Below are positions 10,766-19,300 of a stretch of 64,000 nt of DNA, piece by piece. Under the pieces are notes generated by a model. The model saw nothing but the letters and a program-made list of their open reading frames with translations. It was not told the origin of the DNA and made no database searches. The stretch's first letter is position 1. Each line of letters begins with the position of its first letter. The translations under genes were made by a program, and so were the position numbers. Source of the stretch: an uncultured Gammaproteobacteria bacterium (lineage in GTDB: Bacteria; Pseudomonadota; Gammaproteobacteria; JAIEPX01); NCBI GenBank assembly GCA_963725255.1, contig CAVRXV010000011.1:99846-163845 (forward strand). Direction: 5' to 3'.

Positions 10766-11695
10766 ATGCTTACGCCAGACCGAAGGTTGCTCAATGCCGC
10801 CAAAAAGTGTTTTCTTTCCGTCATTCTAATTGCTTCTTACGCAGCTAATGCAGCGCACCCCATCGTTCTGGAAACAGATTTCGGGCTCCAAGATGGCGCC
10901 GTAAGTTCAATGAAGGGTGTCATATACCAAGTTGAACCCAAACTCGGTATTTTTGATTTAACCCATGAAGTATCACCACAAAATATCTGGGAAGGTGCGT
11001 ATCGATTAGTGCAAACAGCGCAATATTGGCCAGCGGGTACCGTGTTTGTCATCGTCGTTGATCCTGGTGTAGGAACTGATCGAAAGTCCATCGTCGCAAA
11101 AACAAAAACGGGCCAATATTTTGTTACACCCGATAATGGCACACTCACTTTTATCGCTGAAACAGCGGGTATAGACTCAGTGCGAATTATCAACGAAAAA
11201 GTAAATCGACTACCCGGTTCAGAGCGCTCATACACTTTCCATGGTCGCGATGTTTATGCTTACACGGGGGCGCGATTAGCGTCTGGTAAAATAAATTTTG
11301 ATGGTGTAGGCCCTTTAATGACAGGTGAAATTGTCAAACTTTCACATCAAGCAGCTAAAGTCGAAGGTCACGATATCGTAGGTTCTATTCCAATATTAGA
11401 TATACGATATGGTAATGTCTGGACCAATATTCCTACCAAATTACTCGATGAACACCATCTGGTACTGGGAAAAAAATATCTCGTCAAAATTTATCATCAC
11501 AACAAATTAATTTACGATAATGAAGTTCCTTATCTGAACACCTTCGGCGGTGTTCGAGTTGGCAAAGAATTATTGTACATCAACAGTCTTGATAATTTAT
11601 CGTTAGCGATTAATCAAGGTAGTTTCGCAGGACGTTATCATATTGTGCCTGATCAATTTTGGCGAGTCGAAGTAGAAATCCCTAAGGAAAAATAA
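10766..11695 (+). CDS. DUF62 / SAM hydroxide adenosyltransferase-family protein with a predicted signal peptide
   Basis: TDFGLQDGAVSSMKGV, VVDPGVGTDR, PDNGTL, TFHGRDVYA motifs; hydrophobic leader ending ANA-A. Start taken at MLTPD. Confidence 0.88.
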   Translation: MLTPDRRLLNAAKKCFLSVILIASYAANAAHPIVLETDFGLQDGAVSSMKGVIYQVEPKLGIFDLTHEVSPQNIWEGAYRLVQTAQYWPAGTVFVIVVDPGVGTDRKSIVAKTKTGQYFVTPDNGTLTFIAETAGIDSVRIINEKVNRLPGSERSYTFHGRDVYAYTGARLASGKINFDGVGPLMTGEIVKLSHQAAKVEGHDIVGSIPILDIRYGNVWTNIPTKLLDEHHLVLGKKYLVKIYHHNKLIYDNEVPYLNTFGGVRVGKELLYINSLDNLSLAINQGSFAGRYHIVPDQFWRVEVEIPKEK

Positions 11696-11779
11696 GCAAT
11701 AATGTCTCCGGCCTTTAGGCCGGGGTGCCTTGTTTTTTCCACCCTGAAGACCAGGGTTACAAGTCATTAAGGAGTTAAA

Positions 11780-13279
11780 ATGAATTCTGCGTATTCGCAA
11801 TTAAAGGATCAATTGACAAAAATTTCTCATTTGAATCATCTTCGCAGAATTACAGAATGGGATGAAGCTGTCATGATGCCTGCGGGTAGTGGTGAAGCTC
11901 GAGCCTCTGCGCTCGCTACCCTTTCAGAAATGATGCACAACCTGGAAACATCCGAAACAATAAAGGATTTTATCGAGCAAGCTAAAACAGAATCTTTGAT
12001 AGATCCTTGGGAGAAAAGAAACTTATTTCTTATTGAAAGAAATTATCGTCGATCAACGTGTGTTCCTACGCGGCTTATTTCTGAATTCACAAAAGCAAGC
12101 TCTCTATGCGAACAAGCATGGCGACAATTGCGCCCTGATAACAATTGGAAAGATTTTCTACCGTTATTAAAAAAATCATTTTCATTAATTGTAGAAATTG
12201 CACAATCAAAAGCGGATGCTCTACAATGTGATCCTTATGACGCATTAATTGACGAATTTTCTCCGGGATTCAATCAAGCTATCATAGATCCTATTTTTGC
12301 ACGGCTTAAAAAAGAATTACCTGGTCGCATCGAGAAAATTATTTCATTCCAACAAAAAGAAAAACTTCTCACACCTAAAGGGCCATTTGCAATCGATTCA
12401 CAACGCCAACTGGGTTTAGAATTAATGCAAGCCTTAGGATTTAATTTTCAACAAGGTCGTTTAGATGTTAGTCATCATCCATTTTGTGGCGGCGTCCAAG
12501 AAGATGTTCGAATCACAACGCGGTACAACGAAGACGAATTTATCAGTGCAGCGATGGGAATTTGTCATGAAACCGGACATGCACGTTACGAACAAGCTTT
12601 ACCCAAACAATGGAGTGGACAACCAGTAGGCTGTAGTTTAGGGATGTCTGTTCATGAAAGCCAATCACTCTTAGTGGAAATGTACGCGTGCCGCACTCGC
12701 GAATTTATGGAATTTTTAAGTCCACGTATAATCCACCATTTTGGTGATCAAGCAAGTCTCACTCCCGACAATTTATATACATTATACACGCGAGTAAAAC
12801 GTGGTTACATTCGTGTTGATGCTGATGAAGTGACGTATCCTTTACACGTTATTTTACGATACGAACTCGAACAACAATTATTCAACAAACAATTAACCCT
12901 CGAAGATCTGCCCGATGCATGGAACGAAAAAATGCAATCGTATTTTCACTTATCCACGGTCAATAATTACAATAATGGTGTGATGCAAGATGTTCATTGG
13001 CCCGTCGGATTTTTTGGTTATTTTCCTGCTTATACATTAGGAAGCCTTATTGCTGCACAGTTATTCTCAACAGTGACAAAAGCTCATCCAGAATTATACA
13101 GTGAAATCAAACAAGGTAATTTCTCTACCTTGTTTAATTGGCTGAACACCCATATTCATTCACGCGCCTCTTCAGTGGACGTCAACACACTCATTAAAGA
13201 TGCGACGGGTTCTGCTCTGGATCCCAATTTTTATCTCGCTCATATTGATGATCGCTATCTCCCTTCAGCACATGGTTAA
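11780..13279 (+). CDS. Carboxypeptidase, family M32 (Taq-like)
   Basis: HETGH zinc motif, HESQS, HPF, IRVDADEVTYPLH, QDVHW, YFPAYTLG. Confidence 0.95.
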   Translation: MNSAYSQLKDQLTKISHLNHLRRITEWDEAVMMPAGSGEARASALATLSEMMHNLETSETIKDFIEQAKTESLIDPWEKRNLFLIERNYRRSTCVPTRLISEFTKASSLCEQAWRQLRPDNNWKDFLPLLKKSFSLIVEIAQSKADALQCDPYDALIDEFSPGFNQAIIDPIFARLKKELPGRIEKIISFQQKEKLLTPKGPFAIDSQRQLGLELMQALGFNFQQGRLDVSHHPFCGGVQEDVRITTRYNEDEFISAAMGICHETGHARYEQALPKQWSGQPVGCSLGMSVHESQSLLVEMYACRTREFMEFLSPRIIHHFGDQASLTPDNLYTLYTRVKRGYIRVDADEVTYPLHVILRYELEQQLFNKQLTLEDLPDAWNEKMQSYFHLSTVNNYNNGVMQDVHWPVGFFGYFPAYTLGSLIAAQLFSTVTKAHPELYSEIKQGNFSTLFNWLNTHIHSRASSVDVNTLIKDATGSALDPNFYLAHIDDRYLPSAHG

Positions 13280-13379
13280 GAAGGAAGGGGTCAAGTCTGG
13301 ACAAATAGACAAATTTTCATCTTAGTTATTTGTCTATTTGTCCAGACTTGATCTTACCCCAATAAAACACACACTCAAG

Positions 13380-14240
13380 TTAAGCAACACAGCGCTCCTC
13401 AAACTCTATCGGAGATAGATAGTTCAAATAAGAATGCTTTCGTTGCCGATTATAAAATAGCTCAATGTATTCAAACAAAGAGCTTCTTGCCTCACTTCGC
13501 TTATGGTAATCATTATGATGAACAAGCTCAACTTTGAGACTGTGAAAAAAGCTCTCCACCACAGCATTATCATAACATTCACCTTTGCGACTCATACTGC
13601 ATACCATACCATAGGATCTCAATAACGCTTGATAATTTTTTGCATAATACTCCTTCCCTCTATCCGAATGGATTAACATCCCTTGAGCTATTTGTCTTTG
13701 ACAAACTGCGTTCCTCAAAGCTTGTTGAGCTAATTTGCTTTCTAAACGCTCACCCATTGACCACCCGACAACTTTTCGTGAAAATAAATCTAAAACCACA
13801 GCCAAAAACAACCAACCCTCTCGAGTAGGTATGTAGGTGACATCACAGGCCCAGACTTGATTCATCATACCAGGTGAAAATTCACGATCTAATAGGTTTT
13901 TTGCTGGATTTAAGCTCTTCCTTGAATCTGTTGTGATCCTAAATTTCTTGATCGTTTTAGGGACAATTTTTGCAATGTGCATCAATCGTGCCACTCGATT
14001 CAAACTGCATTTATATCCCAGCTCTAACAATGTTTTATGAATTCTTGGAGCACCATATACCTGCCTATTCTGATTAAAAATTTGGTGTATTCTCTCAATG
14101 AGTTGCTGATTTTCTTTTGTCCTGGCTGAGTTCGGACAAGTCAACCAATTATAAAATCCTCGACGTGATACCATCATCACTTTGCAAAGCAAAGTGATGG
14201 GATAAATCTCTCGATTGGTTTTAATAAATGTGTACTTCAC
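13380..14240 (-). CDS. IS3 transposase OrfB (DDE integrase core)
   Basis: WACDVTYI, HSDRG, DNAVVESFF and YNRQRKHS motifs. Confidence 0.95.
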   Translation of the reverse strand: MKYTFIKTNREIYPITLLCKVMMVSRRGFYNWLTCPNSARTKENQQLIERIHQIFNQNRQVYGAPRIHKTLLELGYKCSLNRVARLMHIAKIVPKTIKKFRITTDSRKSLNPAKNLLDREFSPGMMNQVWACDVTYIPTREGWLFLAVVLDLFSRKVVGWSMGERLESKLAQQALRNAVCQRQIAQGMLIHSDRGKEYYAKNYQALLRSYGMVCSMSRKGECYDNAVVESFFHSLKVELVHHNDYHKRSEARSSLFEYIELFYNRQRKHSYLNYLSPIEFEERCVA

Positions 14241-14554
14241 TCGGCATTCTCTGTGAAGTACACTGCTGCCTTTTTTAGGATTTCGTTCTCCAGCTCAAGT
14301 TGCCTTATTTTAGCTTTTAAAGCTTTTGTTTCATCGATTGGTTTGTGATGTTGCCCCTTGCCAGGAAAGGCCTTCTTACCATTAGCTTGAATTTCTTTTT
14401 GCCATTTATACAATTGATTACGCTTTACCCCTAGCTCACGCGCTAACTGAGCAGCGTTTGTATCCTTTTGCTCTAATAATCGAACAGCCTCTCGTTTAAA
14501 CTCAGGACTTAAGGTTGGGTTCTTCATAGCTAAACTCCTATAATGGAGCACCAT
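14237..14554 (-). CDS. IS3 transposase OrfA (HTH); A-AAA-AAG -1 frameshift signal at 14270-14276
   Basis: SPEFKREAV...LENEILKKAAVYF; minus strand CTAAAAAAGGCAGC gives the slippery heptamer. Confidence 0.93.
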   Translation of the reverse strand: MVLHYRSLAMKNPTLSPEFKREAVRLLEQKDTNAAQLARELGVKRNQLYKWQKEIQANGKKAFPGKGQHHKPIDETKALKAKIRQLELENEILKKAAVYFTENAE

Positions 14555-14640
14555 AGTGCCCCCGTTTAAGAGTGTGTGTCAATTTGGGGGAGGTTCAACT
14601 TGACCCCTTCCTCTCCATTAAGCCTGCAAAGCAAAAGCCT

Positions 14641-14669
14641 TTGCGGCCTCAGCCTGACTTTGCTATGAT
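14641..14669 (+). promoter_or_regulatory. Sigma70-like promoter of tRNA-Arg
   Basis: TTGCGG-N17-TATGAT ending 15 bp upstream of the tRNA. Confidence 0.6.
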
Positions 14670-14684
14670 CCCTGACTTGTCTAA

Positions 14685-14761
14685 GCGCCCGTAGCTCAGT
14701 TGGATAGAGCACCTGGCTTCGAACCAGGTGGTCGGGAGTTCGAGTCTCTCCGGGCGCGCCA
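14685..14761 (+). tRNA. tRNA-Arg with anticodon TCG
   Basis: Acceptor GCGCCCG/CGGGCGC, anticodon arm CCTGG-CT-TCG-AA-CCAGG, GTTCGAG T-loop, encoded CCA. Confidence 0.93.
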
Positions 14762-14957
14762 ATTTGCTCTTCACCTCAGATATGACATGCTATAAGGCTT
14801 CCCAGTAGATTGTACGCCGTGCCCATGCTGATCTCACTCCTGAGTTTTAAGATTATTTTAATATTTCCATGCTATCCTCTTTGAGATTAACCTTGGGGCA
14901 ATAAAAAAACTCATCAACCCTCAAGGTAAACTTTAATAACAGAGGCTTAGGTACACT

Positions 14958-15071
14958 ATGACAACGTGCACATACATTATGTTTATCACGGGACTATTAT
15001 CAGTCATAGGCCTGATTGTTGGGCTTCACAAAGCCCCGTATCGACATCGAAAGACTCCGTCTAAAAACTGA
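14958..15071 (+). CDS. Possible small (37-aa) single-TM protein
   Basis: MTTCTYIMFITGLLSVIGLIVGLHKAPYRHRKTPSKN; hydrophobic helix with a basic tail; AGAGG upstream. Below the ORF-track length cutoff. Confidence 0.3.
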   Translation: MTTCTYIMFITGLLSVIGLIVGLHKAPYRHRKTPSKN

Positions 15072-15163
15072 GGCCATAGACTAGAGCCACTGAGCCCTTA
15101 CTTTACTTGAATAGACTATAAGCTTAGAATTGGTATTATTTTTTACAGATCGGAGATAAATAT

Positions 15164-17542
15164 ATGCAAGGTTCTTTTGAAAGAAGGGAGTTTAATCTAC
15201 AAAAATTCTTAGCAAAAAGCACAAAAGATCAAATAAAGTTTCTTAATGAAAATCCCACTGTTAGTCTCACTGAAGAAGAAATAAATATAATTATTTCGGA
15301 CGTTAATGAGAGGTTGCCTGATAATCAATTGAAAGCACAATTCTTATCAGCACTTATGAAAATATCTCCCGCCACCTATAATTCCACTGATGATTTGTGT
15401 TTTCACTTTAGTTTAACAGTTGAGCTCCTTGATCAAACAGATTTTGGTGTGTCACGATTATACATCGATTCGAATTTTTATGTTTGGGAAGACAAACTTG
15501 CGAAGTTCTTGCGCGAGAACAATTTTGAAGTCGCAAAAGAGTCAGAAACTTCCCGACATTATATTCTCATCAATAAAAAATCAGAAAATCATGCTGATAC
15601 TCTAGCTAATCCAAATCATCATCGTGGATATTCACTTGATGAAACATTGTCTCAATTACCGGCCTTATTGGCAGAGTTCTGTAAAAATAACAAAATCTCC
15701 CCAGATTTTCATTTAGCAGATATTCAAACTTATGCCGAAGCTTTTAAGTCATTTATAGAGAATATTTTACTCAGTCAAATCTCGAACTATCGTGAAGATT
15801 ATGCTGATTATCTACCGCAAGACAAAAATACTTATGTGATGATATCTCGTTTAGCACAGTCAGTACAGAATTTTTATATCGGACTCCAAACAGTCAATGC
15901 CACTCAAGATTTCTTGGTAAATACTCAAAATTATGATAAGAGAGAACAATCTGACACAGATGAATCCAATCCCCAAACTGAGCAGAACAAACCTAGCATC
16001 TCCATTCAAGAAGTATTCCTTAATCCTTACAAGCCTCGCTCCCGCTCACTTCTTGTGTGGTTATTCTCTGCGCAATATTATACGTTCTTTAGGGGAATTA
16101 TTGACGGCACAAGGCTTCAAGAAGCAGAAAAATCTTTCAGCATTAAAAACGATATCCCTCAAGGTTTTTCAAACTATGTAAAAAATTTACTCCTCCTTGT
16201 CTTTGGATTCTATGGTTATAATCCTATTGAGAAAAAAGCATTAGCCACAAATGGCCAATATGAAACCATTGATCCGACTAAGGTTGGATGGGGTATTTTA
16301 ATTCTATCTATTCTCGGAGTCCCAAACCGACCGGGATCGATTAAAAAAAGTGGCAGACCCATTTTATCGGCTAATCAAGTTTTATTCACAAATTGGGTCG
16401 GGGGCTGGACTTTAACTCGCAACGTTAAAACATGGTCGGTATCACAATTCCTTGAAATACCCTTTAAATTCGCATTGGTTCTACCGTTCAATATCCTTAG
16501 AGCACTATTCAATTTGGCAGTTAACATCACCAGATTTTTGACTGAATTATTGCCACATGCAATTGCAAGCATTCTAATGTTTATCGATTTTCAATCGTTA
16601 AAATTTATTCAAGCGCTGGCGAAGTCTGATCAGTATCGTGTGGTAAAATTTCTGGGCGGATTTGTTTTAGGTGTTTTTGCTCTAGTCATTGCAATTGTTC
16701 AGTATGCCGCTGTTTGGGCAATCAGAATAGGGAAATTACTCACTTCCCCAGCAGAAAGTGCAACCAACGCTTTTGCAGCAGGTAGAAGCATTAAAATAGG
16801 CTGGTTTGGGCCTACTATTGAAGGTTGGATTGCCTATGGTATGGGTTTATTAGGTTGGTTATCGAGCTTTGCTCTCTCGGCTATTCTTTGGACACTGATT
16901 CTGCCTATTATCATCAGCGCCGTTACCACCTTTTTCCCTGCAATCATTCCTGCCATCGCATGGTTTACACACTTACCTGTTATCACCGCTTCTATTGCCT
17001 GGGTAACGCAATTCCCCGTGGTGACTACCGCAATCACTAATGCAGGCGGTCTCTTTACCACCGTAGGGTCAGCGTTGGGAGCGGCCTTTAGTCCAGCCAT
17101 TATGCCTGCCGCAGGATTATTAGGCTTACAGATTTCGACTATGGCAATGACTGCAGGAACGACCTTAGGAATGTTAGGAATACCGGCACTTATCGTTGGT
17201 AACTACATCGCTGATGGGTTTAGTGGCCTTTGGATAAAATTGCATAGCAATCTTAACAGAGCTTCTTCAAGCAAAACATCTTCTACTACTGACCCTCTGT
17301 TACTCGGGGAAGAAGAAGATGATGTAGTTCTTCTTGACCTTCAACGAAGAGCCCAAGAGCTGGCTCAAAAGAGAGAAAACCTCTTCAAGGGTGCTAACAA
17401 AAGTGCAGTAGACGCAGCAAGAACTGGCGAAGAAGCAGATAAAGCGCTTGAGCAAAAAGCCGATAGCCCTCGATCTACAAAAGCCCCTCAAAATGATGAG
17501 CATCCTTCAACGGATGATGAGGGTTTTGACTTCGATCTCTGA
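15164..17542 (+). CDS. Hypothetical 792-aa multi-pass membrane protein, effector-like
   Basis: Intact ORF with GGAG RBS; soluble N-terminal half, long hydrophobic segment, acidic C-tail. Confidence 0.8.
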   Translation: MQGSFERREFNLQKFLAKSTKDQIKFLNENPTVSLTEEEINIIISDVNERLPDNQLKAQFLSALMKISPATYNSTDDLCFHFSLTVELLDQTDFGVSRLYIDSNFYVWEDKLAKFLRENNFEVAKESETSRHYILINKKSENHADTLANPNHHRGYSLDETLSQLPALLAEFCKNNKISPDFHLADIQTYAEAFKSFIENILLSQISNYREDYADYLPQDKNTYVMISRLAQSVQNFYIGLQTVNATQDFLVNTQNYDKREQSDTDESNPQTEQNKPSISIQEVFLNPYKPRSRSLLVWLFSAQYYTFFRGIIDGTRLQEAEKSFSIKNDIPQGFSNYVKNLLLLVFGFYGYNPIEKKALATNGQYETIDPTKVGWGILILSILGVPNRPGSIKKSGRPILSANQVLFTNWVGGWTLTRNVKTWSVSQFLEIPFKFALVLPFNILRALFNLAVNITRFLTELLPHAIASILMFIDFQSLKFIQALAKSDQYRVVKFLGGFVLGVFALVIAIVQYAAVWAIRIGKLLTSPAESATNAFAAGRSIKIGWFGPTIEGWIAYGMGLLGWLSSFALSAILWTLILPIIISAVTTFFPAIIPAIAWFTHLPVITASIAWVTQFPVVTTAITNAGGLFTTVGSALGAAFSPAIMPAAGLLGLQISTMAMTAGTTLGMLGIPALIVGNYIADGFSGLWIKLHSNLNRASSSKTSSTTDPLLLGEEEDDVVLLDLQRRAQELAQKRENLFKGANKSAVDAARTGEEADKALEQKADSPRSTKAPQNDEHPSTDDEGFDFDL

Positions 17543-17557
17543 TCCCTGTTACAAAGT

Positions 17558-17603
17558 CTGACCTCTAATCATAACCCATTAATGAGTTATGATTAGAGGT
17601 CAG
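17558..17603. repeat. REP-like palindrome
   Basis: CTGACCTCTAATCATAAC...GTTATGATTAGAGGTCAG, 18-bp perfect arms, just downstream of the 792-aa gene. Confidence 0.8.
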
Positions 17604-17744
17604 GTCATCAAATGCTAACGAAAACCTATCGTCAGGCCCCTCATTAGCCGACCGATTGCACTACAAAATACCGGCAAAACCTTGATAAACACTGCAAAAA
17701 TTGATAGAATCGACATTCATATTTTTAAAAACACTGAGGGGACT

Positions 17745-18218
17745 ATGAAATATTACAAACTACTAACATGCATTCTTGGATCGCTCTTAGCTCTCACGGC
17801 TTGTGCGACCACCACACTTCAACTCGAACGAAAAATCGGCAAACCAACGTATTCAGCTTTAAACAATTCCAAAACAGTCTCTGTCGTAAAAGTTGCTGAA
17901 GTTCGAAAACCTCCCTATGCTCCTGAAGGTGCTCCTAAAAATCTTAGCACTGAACAAGTTTCACAATTACGTGAAATGTTGTTAAATGACAACAGCTACA
18001 ATTTTAATCGAATCAAACGATGTCTTTTCATCCCTGAAATTTCTTATCAATTTTCTGGTGATAAAGCTGTAAACGTTTATGTAAGTACTTCTTGCAAAAA
18101 AATTAAAATAGTCAGCGAAAACAATACCAACATTATAGATTACGATCCGATGGCTAAGAAATTTAATTCTTTCAGCAAAACGATCATGAAACAACCTAAT
18201 ACCACAAAAACTTCTTAG
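17745..18218 (+). CDS. Predicted lipoprotein
   Basis: MKYYKLLTCILGSLLALTA-C lipobox; GAGGGG RBS; 10 bp before the caspase-like gene. Confidence 0.75.
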   Translation: MKYYKLLTCILGSLLALTACATTTLQLERKIGKPTYSALNNSKTVSVVKVAEVRKPPYAPEGAPKNLSTEQVSQLREMLLNDNSYNFNRIKRCLFIPEISYQFSGDKAVNVYVSTSCKKIKIVSENNTNIIDYDPMAKKFNSFSKTIMKQPNTTKTS

Positions 18219-18228
18219 GAGTACTACG

Positions 18229-19047
18229 ATGCAAAAGTTACGACAAATTATATTCGCGAGTTTTTTCGTTTTATTAGCAACGCTGTCTTTTTCAGCTCAA
18301 GCTGCTAATCTAATTGCAATTATTGCTTCTGATACTTTGGATGAAGACATTGGTCGATCTGTTAAACAAGATTTCAATCATATGCGTAAAGAAATGCAAA
18401 ATGTTGCAAAATACACTGGGTTAACACTCAAAGAAGTTTTAATGGAAGGGAAATCAACAAATCCGCAACTATTTCTTCAACAACTTAATGCAGTTAAAGC
18501 AAATAGTGACGACGTAATCGTTTTCTTCTTTGGCGGCCATGGTTATCGAACAAAATCCAAAGGCTCCAGTCCTTGGCCCAATCTTGTTTTTTCACAACAA
18601 GATAAAGGACTCGCGTATGACTATGTGATCTACAATTTGATGCAAAAGCATCCGCGCTTTTTGCTCACTATTGCCGATGTATGTAATAGTTTTGTTGGTG
18701 AAAAATCAGCACCTCCTGTTGTAGCTACTCGATCAATGCGCGCTGTTCCTTCTGATAATCAGATTCGCTCAAATTATCAACATTTATTTCTTGAAGAAGA
18801 AGGCATGATCAACGTTACTAGTGCTCAAATTGGTGAATTTGCTTCTGGTAGTGATAATCAAGGCGGAGCTTTTACCTATGCCTTCGTTAAGAGCTTAAAA
18901 GATGAAACCAAAAGTGCTAAAAAAGCCAGTTGGAAAATTCTTCTTGATAGAGCTAAAACTAATGTAACTAAAGATAGTATTAAATACGCTGAATCTAAAG
19001 ATGATATTCAACATCCGTACTTTGAAATGAATGTAAAGAACGACTAA
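18229..19047 (+). CDS. Secreted caspase/metacaspase-like (peptidase C14-type) protease
   Basis: Signal peptide (AQA-A); His motif FFFGGHG and Cys motif IADVCNS; SGSDNQGGAFT. Confidence 0.8.
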   Translation: MQKLRQIIFASFFVLLATLSFSAQAANLIAIIASDTLDEDIGRSVKQDFNHMRKEMQNVAKYTGLTLKEVLMEGKSTNPQLFLQQLNAVKANSDDVIVFFFGGHGYRTKSKGSSPWPNLVFSQQDKGLAYDYVIYNLMQKHPRFLLTIADVCNSFVGEKSAPPVVATRSMRAVPSDNQIRSNYQHLFLEEEGMINVTSAQIGEFASGSDNQGGAFTYAFVKSLKDETKSAKKASWKILLDRAKTNVTKDSIKYAESKDDIQHPYFEMNVKND

Positions 19048-19073
19048 TTTCTATTAGTATCATTCAAAAAATT

Positions 19074-19107
19074 AGGGGGTGAAACTTGTTTTCATCCCCT
19101 TTTTTTT
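19074..19107 (+). terminator. Rho-independent terminator
   Basis: AGGGGGTGAAA..TTTCATCCCCT stem followed by a T-run. Confidence 0.75.
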
Positions 19108-19121
19108 CTAAGTCTGTCTAA

Positions 19122-19215
19122 GGCGTCGTGTCTTGAGTTGTGAGGGGTTTCGCTAATTAGGCCTCTTATTTAGTCATTTCACCTAGAGAACTATTAGAGT
19201 TCCATAAGAGTTTTT
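19122..19215 (+). repeat. Dispersed repeat family A, copy 1 (29-bp core plus about 65-bp diverged extension)
   Basis: GGCGTCGTGTCTTGAGTTGTGAGGGGTTT...; extension alignable by eye to the copies at 22940 and 26399. Confidence 0.9.
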
Positions 19216-19230
19216 AGAGCAAAGGGCAAA

Positions 19231-19282
19231 GGTGTCAGATCTAATATTAACACCTGCTTTCACTGATCTTAGATCTGACACC
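19231..19282. repeat. REP-like palindrome
   Basis: GGTGTCAGATCTAA / TTAGATCTGACACC, 14-bp perfect arms, 24-nt loop. Confidence 0.8.
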
Positions 19283-19300
19283 TCAGTCATAGTTACCATT

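Larger units (their letters stand above)
13349..14597 (-). mobile_element. Complete IS3-family insertion sequence, 1249 bp, with a 3-bp target duplication ACT
   Basis: TG...CA ends; imperfect TIRs TGATCTTACCCCAATAAAACACACACT / TGAACCTCCCCCAAATTGACACACACT; ACT at 13346-13348 and 14598-14600; orfA plus orfB. Confidence 0.95.
13282..14612. repeat. 33-bp-arm perfect inverted repeat (REP-like hairpin) whose right arm is interrupted by the IS3 element
   Basis: Left arm 13282-13314 AGGAAGGGGTCAAGTCTGGACAAATAGACAAAT; right arm reconstitutes from 13328-13348 plus 14601-14612 once the IS and one ACT copy are removed; 13-nt loop. Confidence 0.9.

Noticed and set aside
14685-14761. tRNA-Arg or tRNA-fMet as the attachment site of an integrated island
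   Set aside because: I found no duplicated tRNA 3' end and no integrase in the window.
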